This document shows, one piece after another, positions 39,968 through 52,719 of a stretch of 64,000 nucleotides of DNA (positions within the stretch are counted from its first letter, which is position 1; the number at the start of each line of letters is the position of its first letter). Both the position numbers and the translations under genes were made by a program. The DNA lies in NCBI GenBank assembly GCA_965649765.1, contig OZ287755.1, positions 62,558,001-62,622,000 on the forward strand. Direction: 5' to 3'. The notes beneath the pieces are model-generated. The model saw only the letters and a program-made list of their open reading frames with translations, was not told the origin of the DNA and ran no database searches. Source of the stretch: Bispira polyomma (Eukaryota).

Positions 39968-41037
39968 CTATATTAAAACACATTGGTATAACACATAGTC
40001 ACAGATATGTATATAGACAATGTAATCTACGGCATTTTAGTCCCCTATAAGTCCACCAAGTTATGTATGAGCTAAAAGGTCAAGGCCTTATATAACCCAG
40101 ATAAACACTACAACTAGATGCCCAAAGGTATTGATTTTTCTCCAATTCACAGTTATATAAAACACTCTTGCAGGGTGAGGTATATACTGATGTAATATAC
40201 AATGAACAAATAAATGGATTCCCAGCTCAAAGAGATTTGATTTAACTATGAAGTTTTGTAAGTATTCCATTTCAGTCTACAATGTATATATATTCCTGAT
40301 TTCCATGTTTTGTACAACTTACAGTAAAACCTTTACATCAAATGAATACGCTTGGGACCGGGTCAAAATGTTTATTATACAGATATAAAGCTTAAACATT
40401 TACATATTTAAACACATTTATTAACCATAATGCTGTGTGCCTATTATGTCAAACTACAAGCAATACACTCTATACAATTTATCACACATTAAATTTAGTT
40501 AGGTTTTATGTTGCTGTCAACAGCTCAGGTGATATCATGACGGCCAGATTTATTGGTGGAAGAAACTAGTACTGTAAACCAATGACCTATGGCAAGAACC
40601 TGAAAAACTTTCCCATAATGAAGGAACTAACACGATTTCAACCCACATTGATTAGTGGCCAGTGATTACTAGCAAAAGCTTCTAACCACTAGGCCACTGC
40701 ATCCCTCATCACACACTCAAATACACGTTGTTTTTTTACAATACACGTTGTTTTTTTTACAATACACAGTCACTGATATAGAACGGAATCTAATATTCGC
40801 TATTGTATCTGAAATTTGCCAAAGCTCTAAAATTTAACCCAAATCAGTGAAAACTAGGCCAAAAAATAACTGGAAATTAAATAAATAAGACAAAATAGTA
40901 ACAAAACATATTAGTTTCACCATTTTTTACCCACAATTCTACCAACAACACAACATTTTTTAGGTAGCGAATTTAAAACCTGGCGCATTTCAGTTACAGT
41001 GGTGAATTTTCAATTCCTAAATACTCTATAGACTTAC

Positions 41038-41286
41038 TTGTTATATCTGCTGCCCGACAAGAACGGCAGCATGATTGTCCTGGACCACCGATCTGACTAC
41101 AAAAGCTGGAGAATCGGCCCTGAACGAGTTCTCTACACGAGTTGATGGTGATTGTATTCGTCCTTCGCTGGCTGGCGGCAGTACCTGCTTTGTCCTCTAA
41201 ATTGTCATTCCTCACCGAGGCAAACACATAGTAAGGGTGGCTCTTTGATAGGGTATCTCTACAGGTGCAGTCAGCTTGATTGAGAT
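41038..41286 (-). CDS. Exon E7: gamma module
   Basis: tttgacag|AT ... ACA A|gtaagt. Encodes CTCRDTLS...SCRELVQGRFSSFCSQIGGPGQSCCRSC. Confidence 0.9.
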
Positions 41287-42079
41287 CTGTCAAAGCAAGG
41301 AGCAATTTGAGGGTGTAAGAATATATTGAAAGGTCACTAGATATCCCAGTATATTTTATGTTCAGCCCGATAAAATGAAATGGAAAAACAATTATACATA
41401 TTAGTACATCATTTTGCGGATAATACAGGAGCTACTGTATATATTTTGTGTATGTACTATTAAATGTGACCTTTTAACATTGATAAGTTCAAGGTCACCA
41501 GTTCACAGACCATACCTAGATGAGAACAGTCTTGTGCAAACCTACTTTATACTGCAACTTTCACAGTGTCTCTAAGATAGTGTACACTGTATTACAGGTT
41601 TTAAATGCACTATACTGATGCTCACTACCTTTTATAAAGCGATAAAACAATGAATAGTACAAACAACATTGTTACATAACCAAAAATGATGTCTCAGGGT
41701 TAGTGAGTTGGTTAGTTAGTTAATTGGGTTAGCAAGTTTAAAAGGTTTTCACCTATAAAATTGATACTGAAAAGGCTTACCAAACATATCATGCTTTCAA
41801 AACTAAATGCAGACATCCCAAAGGTATTTTTAACCTGCCACATAAGATAGTTCCTAATGCCAGAGAACACTACCATTTTAAGTAATCTTCATAGCAAATA
41901 TGTATCTGGCTGTACCTGTTCACCCCAAGCTGGGACTGAACCCAGGTCATCTGTGTATGAATCAATCAAAGCTCATATACATATATAAGGTTTTTCAAGA
42001 TGGACATACGATCTTTGAGCGTGTATTTTCCCATTAAAAAAAATCATCCTTCCAAAAATGAAAAAAAATGCAGACATAC

Positions 42080-42247
42080 CGACTCTGGCACAAGATGCAC
42101 AGCATTCTTCTGCTACCTCTTGGCAATTACAGGGATCCCTTGCTATGAACTGCTGACATGTAATGCCCGAACCTTTGGACTGCATGCGACCCAACTCACG
42201 GTCCACACAGGCGTTCACTTGGTCTTGCTGACCGGCAGCAGCAGAGG
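42080..42247 (-). CDS. Exon E6: beta module
   Basis: atcacag|CC ... GTC G|gtatgt. Encodes CVDRELGRMQSKGSGITCQQFIARDPCNCQEVAEECCASC. Confidence 0.9.
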
Positions 42248-42427
42248 CTGTGATAAAAAAGGGGGAAAATAGTTCTGGAGTGGAATCATTGTTGTACTTT
42301 ATTGTATTATATATTTCATAAAACTCTTGCTCTCCTAACATGTTCACATGATAGAGGTTCTATTAGGTTCTGTAAGTGGTCATCTGAGCCACTATGTATT
42401 TGCCTGTTACTAATCTGTTATGTGATC

Positions 42428-42735
42428 CCCTGTGGTCTAGTGGTTAAGGTGTTGGTCTGATGATCAGAAGGTACCTGGTTCTATCCCCGGTCCTGGCTGA
42501 TAGTCTCATTTGGTAGGATAAAATCTTTAGGCAAGATGTGAACACAAGTTTGCCTAGTGGCTCGGATGACCACTTAAAATGGCGGTCCACTGTCACTGAG
42601 TAATATCTCCAGTGGCAGATTAAAAATCCTTAGGGATGTTAATAAATGGTCAACCGTGGCGCCCATAGTGGCTGCCCATGAGGAAGCGCTTTAGAGTAAT
42701 ATTTATTAAGTGCTATATAGATGTTGTATAATAAT
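42428..42735 (+). mobile_element. tRNA-derived SINE, second family (copies ~15170-15420 minus, ~49265-49570 plus)
   Basis: Head TGTGGTCTAGTGGTTAAGG...GGTTCTATCCCC; shared body GGCAAGATGTGAACAC...GGATGACCACTTAAAATGGC. Confidence 0.72.
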
Positions 42736-43389
42736 GATATAAAAAATAATAATCACCCCAAGCTGGGATCAAACCCAGGTCTTGTGCATTGTTAAGCTAG
42801 TGTATTACCCACATGGCTACAGTGGCAGGTTTTTTCATTCTTTGCAATGTGTGGTATCATTATACTAAAAGGCTGGACTAACACAATATCCTAATACTGA
42901 AGCAGAGCTAATCCAAAACTTTTGTAGCTAAATTATTTTTGGACCAAGAATCAGCTCATGAGTGAAGAGGTCTTTTATATAAATACCAGAGACACAGAGC
43001 TTCTAACCTACCTTTGGCATTGGTAAATGTTAATTTTAAATGGAAGTGGCTGTTGAACTATTAGTGATTCATTTCTTTGTACTGTATGATAAATAAAACA
43101 TTGGAGTGTTAATTGGGGCTTGTTATTCACCTTGATCCCACATTTGGATTTACCAATGTACATTCTTTAGTCCCCTGGGATGGGAATGAAACAAAAGCCA
43201 GTCAAATTTTTTTCTATGAGGAAAATACAATAGAAGCTCTGTTATCCGAACATCTTAAAAGAGCAATATTTTGTTTGGATAATAGAATGTTCCTAAAATA
43301 GAAGTGACATTTTACAAAAATCAGTGATAAAATGAAAGTTCGGGAGAGTGAAAATGTGTTCATAATATCTAATATGTTCCTGTACTTAC

Positions 43390-43786
43390 GTCCTTTGTCC
43401 ATCTGGCTGGTTCTCTGTCTACTTTCAGCAGTTTGCCCTTTGGTCCACAATCTCTCCTCTCTCCTCCGTGTTCCAGCAACGTCTGCTGGCCCCTTAGTTT
43501 GCAGTTCATCCGTTCTCCTCCTGACTTCATCCGTTGGTCCCTTGGTCCTCACCACTTGGTCCACTCTCCTACGTGTTTCTGCTGTTCCTGGTCCTTTCAA
43601 TTGGACTTCGTCCACTTGTCCTTGGCTTGCATCTGTAGGCCCCTTTGGCTGTACAACAGTCTCCCTTTGGCGGCTCTCATCTACCGGACCTTTGGCCTGG
43701 GTTGCATCACCTCTTCCTGTGCTTGCACTTGGTCCCTTGTCATCCGGATTTGTTCCCACATTCACCTGTCCACCGGATACTCCCAC
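43390..43786 (-). CDS. Exon E5: KGP-repeat linker
   Basis: ttacag|GTG ... GGA C|gtaagt. All 8 Lys are followed by Gly, spaced about 15-18 aa apart. Confidence 0.88.
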
Positions 43787-44227
43787 CTGTAATATATACA
43801 GGATATAGGTGTACACTGTATATGTGAATAGAATACTCTACAAGTGTGCTTTTGAGGTTAGTAAGAAAAAAAAATCAATACATCCAGGCGTTTGGTTGCA
43901 ATCACAGCAGAAGAAATCGTCTCTCCACCTCTGGCTTCTTACTCCAAAAAATGGGCTGGTTCAAAATCATTTAAAGTTGCACCACCTGTTAAATGGAAAA
44001 GTTTCCCTATTATAGTCTTTGCACGGAGGCAAGAATTGCATGCATTAAGGAAAAAGCTCAAAATCATATATATCAGCTGGCCTATCCACCTTAACATTTA
44101 TCTGCTGGTCACCACTAAACTCTGATCGTAAACCTAAAACGTGAAGGGGAAATTGGCCTAACAAAGTTCTACTTGAAGGGTTTGATTCTATATTGTACTT
44201 TAGTAGACTGTAGTAGATTTAACACAC

Positions 44228-44417
44228 CTCCACCTGAGGCCCAGGAGCTGGTCCTTTAGCATCTACATCTACATCCACAATGACTGCTTCCTCATGTCCC
44301 CGAGTTTCGCCAGTTTCTCCTTTGTTGTTGTCTGTTATTTCTTCTACTGTCACATCCTGGCAGGTGTGGCAGCATAGGTTTCCTGACCCTCCATAAGTGG
44401 CACACAAGCCCTGATAT
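44228..44417 (-). CDS. Exon E4: C-half of alpha module 2 plus acidic linker
   Basis: tttcag|A TAT. Encodes YQGLCATYGGSGNLCCHTC...DAKGPAPGPQVE. Phase-0 donor gtgtgt (alternative gtggag would end the exon at 44234). Confidence 0.85.
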
Positions 44418-44859
44418 CTGAAAGAAATCAAGACACAACTCAATCAAAACCCTTAAGATTTTTACAAACCGCCGACTACACGACACTACACTACACCACA
44501 CTACATGGGACGCCACTGCAAGACAACTATATTCACACCAACCACCACACCACACTACACATCTATATAAAAGTGTGTCTGTACCTTCCCGCCCCTTCCC
44601 CCAAAATACTTTTACAACATATTATATATAGTGAAACCTAACGACACAACGTTTTTTAGAGATTGCAGTGTTGTGCTGTGCAGGGTAGTGTAGTGTCTTG
44701 CTGGGAGCAGTCTGAATAATCATTATATATATTTCCTTATTTGTATTTTATTGTAGTGACGTGTCATCAGCAGTCTGTACGGTCCTGTAGTATCAGATAT
44801 CTCTCTCACTGAAAAATGTACTTGGCCCGAATATTTGTCCAAATAATCCCAAGCAGCTC

Positions 44860-45038
44860 ACAGCAGACTTTTCTCAACTTCAGAACAGTATAATGAGAAA
44901 TATTTAACCGTTAAATGTGTTTAAAATTTTTTTTAACCATTTTGATCTCAGCAGACTTTTCTCAATTTCAGAACAGTATAATGAGAAATATTTAACCGTT
45001 AAATGTGTTTAAAATTTTTTTTAACCATTTTGATCTCA
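44860..45038. repeat. ~89-bp direct tandem duplication
   Basis: CAGCAGACTTTTCTCAA...AACCATTTTGATCTCA occurs twice. Confidence 0.85.
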
Positions 45039-46454
45039 CCGAAGCAGAACCACTTTAATCTAAACAGCAGTATATAATATTGTTCAATCTACTTTATGGT
45101 CTCCTGCTGCTGTACATAAACCCTTTTGATTTGACCGTAAGAGAAAATTATCGTAAGAAACTGAAGGAATTTTTCTGTAATACTTTACAGATAGCTGAAG
45201 TCACCAATACACAAACTACTTCCGGCATTCAGTAACAGCCCCTCAAGTTTGATGTTTTAAACCAAGGAATGTGCTGTACATAATAATTTCCTATTGCAAG
45301 GAACTGAAGGAAAAAATGAAATAATATGTTTAGGCGGTGTCAACTGTTTGCCGACGACAGACATATATGTTCTGGAAGTAACAAATTCTGTTGACCATTT
45401 TCTGGCAACAAATGGGGTGGAATGGGTTATAAATTATGTATGGATAAGAAACCACCTCTTCTTAAACACAAATTATTCTAATTCCCTGGTTTCAAAGACA
45501 CTCCAGCTCATCCTGTGAGACTCCACTCATTAAGGCTTTGTTTAACTCCTCTATATTATGGCCGGCAGCGGCTGAATGGTTGGAAGCGCCTGCTTCACAA
45601 AAACTGGTCTCTCACCAATGTGGGTTCGAATCTTGTTTGTTTATTCATGTAGGAACGTTTGTCAGGTACTTGCTGTAGGTCGGCAGTTAGGACAGGTGCT
45701 TCAGCACTAAGTTTCTTCCACCAATTGAACTTGGCCACCATCATATGACCGTAGCCGTTGAAAGCGACTAAAAACCCAACCAAATTGAATTCCTATATAT
45801 GGAAATAATCTGTACTTGTAACTATTCATTTTAATAGTGGTTTTGTTTGGTTAATGGTGGTATAAGTCAATGGTGCTAAAAAGTACAGTTTTAAGCCCAC
45901 AAATGAACAAAAAATGATTCTGCTAAATTAGAAAGTTTTAGCTTTAAAACTGTCATGAAGTGGGTGTGTATCAGAAACTTGAATATCATTGTGTACATTT
46001 CTAGACATATTTTATTTGCATGCACTCCTCCCAAATTTATATTGTTTTCGTTTATTTAGGCCAAATTTATGTATATATTGGTGATCAACTGAAACTCGCT
46101 CGCCCTAATGTATTCGTGCAAATGTGTGTATCTTTCTAGTCTGATATCCCCTCTGTTAAGGTCTCATCCGACTTAACAGTTTACACCCCCAGCCTGGGTT
46201 CTTCCACTTGTCAACTAATTGTTCAATCTCAGCTCCCTCAGAAAAAAAAAGTATACTAGCCATGCTATCACATACGGCTCACAAAGACTAACACCCATTA
46301 GAGGCCAGGTACCCATTTATACACCTGGGTAGATCGGTAGAATCTCCAGGCCTACCGCGAGGATCGTACCTAGACTCTCAGATCCAAAGTCTGAGACTTA
46401 ACCGCTGGGCCACAAATAACACATATGACAAGAGTCCTACTGTATTTAACTCAC

Positions 46455-46545
46455 CTGCCAGAGATCTGACTACATGATGTCAATCTGAGGCCATTGGCAA
46501 AAGCTATTGCATTCGCTTCACTCAGCTGATCCAGACAGTTTGGTC
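46455..46545 (-). CDS. Exon E3: N-half of alpha module 2 (absent from the ORF track)
   Basis: tttcag|GA CCA ... GGC AG|gtgagt. Encodes PNCLDQLSEANAIAFANGLRLTSCSQISG. The phase-2 end matches E4. Confidence 0.85.
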
Positions 46546-47309
46546 CTGAAACAGAGGAATCATAATGTTAAATGTAATGATATGATTTGATATGATAGGC
46601 ATCTGCTAAAGCGCAACATCAGTAACAAAGTTGTTCAAATCCAATGCACAATTTGTGATCGGGGAGGTGGCGTGGACAAAAATGATTTCTATATAGGGTA
46701 AGCGAGGATGAAAAGATGGGTCTTAAAGTTACTTCTGAAACCAGGTAGGGTTTTCTGGGATCTTATATTCTGGGATCTTATATTGGTAAATTGTTCCATA
46801 GCATTGGTGCTGCAACAGAGAAGGCAGGGGATCTAATCCATTTATTAGTTCTGGTATCGGAGACTGAGATTCTATTTTTCCTGGTATTAAGCCTGCTGAA
46901 AGATGGCAACGAGGCAAGATATGGGGGTTAACAACATTATTAATATGTTTGATGAGTTGTCGGCATCCTAGACTGCTGTTTCTGATATTGGTGGAAACCT
47001 TATGACGTTATTTACTCCAATAAGGCTTCATATTTACAAATATCAGCACCTTTTTCACCAAAAGTTGCCATTTTCAACTTCTGATACTGTTGTTTTGTCA
47101 TATTCAACATCATATTGACATATTAATGACATCATGTTTACATGTTAAGGACGTGCATAAGCCAGTGTTTCCTGGTGGGCCACATCTATGTTTAAGTAAC
47201 GTCATAATTTACATGATGTAAGCTTTGCCCTACCCCCTCCCACCCTCAAACTTGTACATGTAGTACAGCCAACAGATTGTAATTACTTCACCTGTATTGT
47301 TGAAGCATT

Positions 47310-47780
47310 TCCTATCTAATCTAATAAAACTTTTATAGCACTTCCTCTCCATTAAAGTGGATTCTAATGCGCCTTTATCATTATCATATTCAAGTCCTGG
47401 TAATGTCCTTTTCCAAAAGTTGGTCACGTCCACTGAGATGCCGGAATGAATATGTAACTTGGGAGGGAAAGCCTTGGTAAACAAGTATGTCTTAAGTTTG
47501 TGTCTAAAAAATGACAAGGTAGGAACAGCACAAATTTCCTGCAGCAGACTGTTTCATAGCTTTGGGTGCATTGTAGGAGAAACTGTGATCAAAATAAGTT
47601 TTAGATTTGTGATTTGAAGGCGAGTAGACTGGAACCTGAAGGGAAACCTTATCAGGGTTACTGCGTCTTGTCCAGGCTTGACATATGTATCGAGACAAAT
47701 ATTGGCTAAAATAAAGGGGGAAGTTCTGTATGTAAAAACTTATAGACATTTATGTGGCAATCTTGACCATGACCCGATAT
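47310..47780 (-). mobile_element. L2-like LINE 3' fragment
   Basis: HSFSYNAPK...SFFRHKLKTYLFTKAFPP, followed by a tail ending (ATTAG)n. Confidence 0.7.
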
Positions 47781-48024
47781 CTAATGATCAACTAATGAGT
47801 ATGTCTGAGAAGAGGTATTTTATCAACAGTGTTTGTAACAACAGTCCACAACATACACAGACTGGATTGTGATCAGAATGCTATGGCTTTACAGTTCGCA
47901 TCTTGAAAATATTAATTAAAAGCCAGTGGCTTAATAGATTAAATCATTCAATACTGCATATTAGTAGTTTTGTAGTTGACCAGAGGGATAACGGGGGAGG
48001 GGGGGGGGAGTAACCATACCATAC

Positions 48025-48460
48025 TAGGGTCACCCAACAATTTAGGTCAAGGGTTATTGGGTGCATTTATGGTGTATTTAGGGTCACCCAACAATTTAGG
48101 TCAAGGGTTATTGGGTGCATTTATGGTGTATTTAGGGTCACCCAACAATTTAGGTCAAGGGTTATTGGGTGCATTTATGGTGTATTTAGGGTCACCCAAC
48201 AATTTAGGTCAAGGGTTATTGGGTGCATTTATGGTGTATTTAGGGTCACCCAACAATTTAGGTCAAGGGTTATTGGGTGCATTTATGGTGTATTTAGGGT
48301 CACCCAACAATTTAGGTCAAGGGTTATTGGGTGCATTTATGGTGTATTTAGGGTCACCCAACAATTTAGGTCAAGGGTTATTGGGTGCATTTATGGTGTA
48401 TTTAGGGTCACCCAACAATTTAGGTCAAGGGTTATTGGGTGCATTTATGGAGTATTTAGG
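48025..48460. repeat. 54-bp minisatellite, 8 near-identical copies
   Basis: TAGGGTCACCCAACAATTTAGGTCAAGGGTTATTGGGTGCATTTATGGTGTATT at 54-bp spacing. Confidence 0.95.
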
Positions 48461-51400
48461 GTGTATTTAGGCTCATCAGTAAACAGGTGATAGTGGGTCA
48501 TTTCCTCAGTGATACCTTCCACTCATTGTCTCAGGCTATTATAGTCTGATCTCCTGGTAAGGGTCTGTATTTATCATAGGTCTCAACCATTTGAATCCAA
48601 GTTGGTCGACTAGCAGACAAAGGCATTTGTTAATCCCAGAACCTGTCCAAAAATATTATTTAATTTTCCTCACAATAAGAAATAGTTAGTACAGCGAATT
48701 TCCCTGTTTACAAACTTATACGCAAAGATAAATGCCATAAGTGACTCCAGGTATCTGTAACCTATTACCAAAAAATTATTGCAGTTTCTGGAGATTGATT
48801 TCTTTTAGGTTCAAAAGGTTTAAGTCATTTAACACATAATATTATAATTAATATTTGAATTAAATAATGTTCTCCACCATGTTACACAACTGAATCTTTG
48901 CAATGTTACAAGAATTGGACAGTTATGAAATATTTAAAAAATGAACTCTAAAACTTCCATAGTGTTTTTGGAGCTAGAAGTGAAATATTTGGAAGGCAAT
49001 CCTAAAGTCCTCAGCATCCAGTTAACCACAGCCAATGAAACTGCTCATTTTTATGTACATATGATAAAATTAAACATTTAAGTACTGCAGGTAGAGTAAG
49101 AAATGGCTGATGAAACAACTTACAGAATAATTTTCATGAATAAAAGAAAACTGAAGAATAATAAGTAAATTGGCCCGTTAACAATAAAATTTAAGCTAGT
49201 TTGACATGAGCATCAATATATATACATAAATAAATCCAAACTAAATCAAAGCAGCAATATTGTGTTCACCTGTGACCTATAGTGGTATGACAGTTGGTCT
49301 AATGATCAGAAGGTCCCGATACCGGATGTTAGTTTCATTGGGCGGAATCAACATTCATTGGCAAGATGTGTGCGCGTGTTTGCCTAATGGCTCAAAAGAC
49401 CACTTAAAATGTTGGTCATCTGTCACTGGGTCCTTTCCCCAGTAGCAGGCTAAAGATCCTTGGGGATTTTGATAAATAGTAATCCTCAAGTCCCTCTCTT
49501 CAGTTAGGAGAATGAGAGTACCTAATGTAGTGTATTGTTACAGCCAGGAAAGGGTTAATTACCAAATGAAGGTAGTTATATGTATAAAATTAATATGAAT
49601 ACAAATTCTATTATTTGCTGATGCTGTCTTCCCCCCTACAATGTGGGACTAAAGGTGCTATCAATATTGTCCATGTTTCTGAATCGTAGTCCTGGAACAA
49701 AGTCAAGGAAATGTTAGTAGTTTGGAAAGTTGGTAATGTTTTCGCCTAAGGAGTTTGGTCGAATAGAATTGATTTGCGTGTCTCTTTGCTGCAATATCTT
49801 GCTGGTATATGCAGATTGTCTCTTTCTGTCAGGCTTCTGTAGGGATTATGTTGAGTAAGGAATCTAAAATTTGCCACTCTATTTGAAGCCACATCAATAA
49901 AAACTGAAAAATAAATGGAATTTTAAGGTAAGTAAGTAAGGCAAGATTGTCACACAATTCTTAATTTTTTGCAAATACGACCCCCAATTGTACTTAAAAA
50001 CATTTTTTCTGGGTGTGGCCAATTTTAGATTTCTTGCACTATAGAGGATCTGCAGACAAAGAGGATCTGCATATTCCAGCGAGACATTGCAGCAAGGACT
50101 GTACACCCTTAGCACCTTGACATAGTGGTCAAAACAGTTGGTTTAGAATACAGTGGACCTGGGTTCCAACCCAGGTACAGACAGATTTGTAATAGCTCAA
50201 TAGCTCAGGTGACCACTGTCATAGTTTTTATCTCCAGTGGAAGCTTAATGCAAAGGTGCAGCTGTTCTAATGTGTTGAGGTAACATTATTTCATAGAGTA
50301 GGAGCATCATTTGCATACATTTTATCAAACTGAACCTGACAGGTTAGGTAAATGAGCTATTTTAGTCCTAAGTCAACCAGAGAGCTACTGTTTGAGCCAT
50401 ATACTGTATAACTATACTAGCGCTAAATGGACATAGGATTCTCTGCACACCACAACCTATTGAATAGTTTGACATATTTCAAATTATTTTTGTTAAATGC
50501 ATGGGAATGTAGAAAAAATCTTCTGTTTTATTTGAAATACTAGAAATTGCATTTTGTGCTAAATCATGTATTTACACACATTAAATGATTATGCTGAACT
50601 ACTACTGCTCTATACAAATAGTACTTAAACTGCTAAAGTTGTATTTATGGTAATAAAGTATTGAATCATTCAATTTGTATTTTGTGTCTTTCCTAGCTTG
50701 TCACCAATAAGCCCATAGAGGGCTGGCACCTCTTGTACTGTTTATATTTATTGTTTAACGTGTATTGATGTTCTAGTGACAGAAACAAATCAATAACTAA
50801 CTATTTTTAATAATGATAGCCAATTCTGATATTCTGATTGGTTCAAAAAGTATGGTAAAATGGTAGGACTACCACATAGAAGCGGGCGAGCTGTTTCTGT
50901 CGATAAATTCTGGCTAAGTAGTTCCTTATAATAAAGTGATATAAGTCAAAATATAACAGGATTTAGGTCACTTTTTAGTTTGCCACATTAGAATCGTCAT
51001 AACCCATTATAAACCAAGGATATCTGGGGACTTTGACTACTCGTGGAGTTATAGAAACATCGTGCTTCGCCTCCGATCTTGGAAAATATACCTCATGTCA
51101 GATTTGCATGGTTAAACTTGAGATGAGCTGTCTATATATTATGAATGCCACATTTATCAATTTAAGTCAAGTGAGTGGTGAATAATAACTATGGAAAATC
51201 ACCTGTTAAAAGTCAAATTTTTACAAAAACATCTCTCAAAGACCTTTAGTAGTTTCAATAGAATAGATGAATGTAAAAGTGGTAAAGTTTCGGAACTGTG
51301 GGGCAATATTCATAAATTTCTTGCACACTGCCATTGTTACAACTTTTTTTATGGTATCTGCTAAAACTCGAAGCCTACTTGGGAGCTCCTTTGGGAAGTG

Positions 51401-51574
51401 AAATCACCTAAATCTTCTGAGGTAAAATCCACTAAATCTAGGAAGGTAAAATCGCCGAAATGTTGGGGGGTGGGGTGGGGTGTCTCTTGTTATGTTTATG
51501 TTCATTGTTATAAATATCTAGATCTAGTGACAGAAATAATTTAATAAAGTAAACTATTAAGTAAAAGTCTTATA

Positions 51575-52719
51575 ATGATTTATAATGACTATGTTACCTT
51601 TTTTTGGAAATATATTAGAAAACGTAACTGTAAAGTACAAAAGCTACCATGCATGGTAAATAATGTAGATAAAAAATACATGGTTACAGTTTCTGAGGAG
51701 ATCAATTATGGTATCTCTGAATGCTGTTCAAAGGGTAAGTGTTATTCTGAACACAATATTGATACTATCTCAGTCTTAAAAGCAATTAAAGCAGCTAAAA
51801 AGGGGTAAAGCTGACTGAACATGTAGTTTGAATACTGACCATTTAATTCAAGGATCTTATAAACTTGTTATTTATATTTTATTATTACTGAATTGTATGT
51901 TATATCATGGTGTTGCTTCCACAGGATTATTAGAATCCAGTTATTCCTACACCAAAGAACAAAAGAAAATCACGTAACAGTATTAATAATTATAGGGGAA
52001 TTGCACTAAGCTCTATTTTAGGGAAGGTATTTGACAGTGTTCTTATTACAATGCATAAAAATATTCTTTCTACTTGTGATATGCAATATGGATTTATGAA
52101 AGGAAATTCTACTACACAGTGTAAATTTGTTGTCAAAGAAGTTATAAATTACTCTAAAAACAGGAATTCTAATGTCTATCTAATGATGCTTGATGCTAGT
52201 AAAGCATTCGATAGAGTTAACTATGTCAAACTATTCAAAGTCTTGATTAGTAGGAAGTGATGTATGCTTACAGCAAGACTGTTATTGTTTATTTACAGTG
52301 ATCAAAAAGTATTTGTGAAATGGGGTAAATGTAAAAGTCAACAATTCTCAGTCTTAAAAGTTGTCAAACAGGGTGGTGTTCTGTCTCCTTTGCTTTTTAC
52401 CTTGTATATTGATAACTTGTTTGTTAGGTTGCAAAAGTCTGGTTTTGGGTGTCATTTAGGGAATCTCTTCACTGGTGCATTTGGCTATGCAGATGATATT
52501 GTATTATTAGCCCCAACACTTTATTCTTTAAATAAGATGTACAATATTTGTATGAAATTTGGAGAAAGTTACGACATCATATTTAACCCAGACAAAAATA
52601 AACTACTGATGTACAGTGATAGCACAAGTAGAATTACTGTTGGCAATAATTATAGTAAATGTGAAGGTTATGAAAAACATGTGGGTCATTTAATTGGTCC
52701 TCATTTAAAAAAAAGCTAA
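51575..52719 (+). pseudogene. Non-LTR retrotransposon reverse transcriptase fragment (broken)
   Basis: NYRGIALSSILGKVFD, QYGF, MLDASKAFDRV, VKQGGVLSPLLF, YADD, FNPDK; several stops. Confidence 0.9.

Noticed and set aside
47976-48470. 164-aa ORF of LGSPNNLGQGLLGAFMVY repeats
   Set aside because: By-product of a 54-bp minisatellite. It has a TTG start, no splice support and no silent-site variation between copies.
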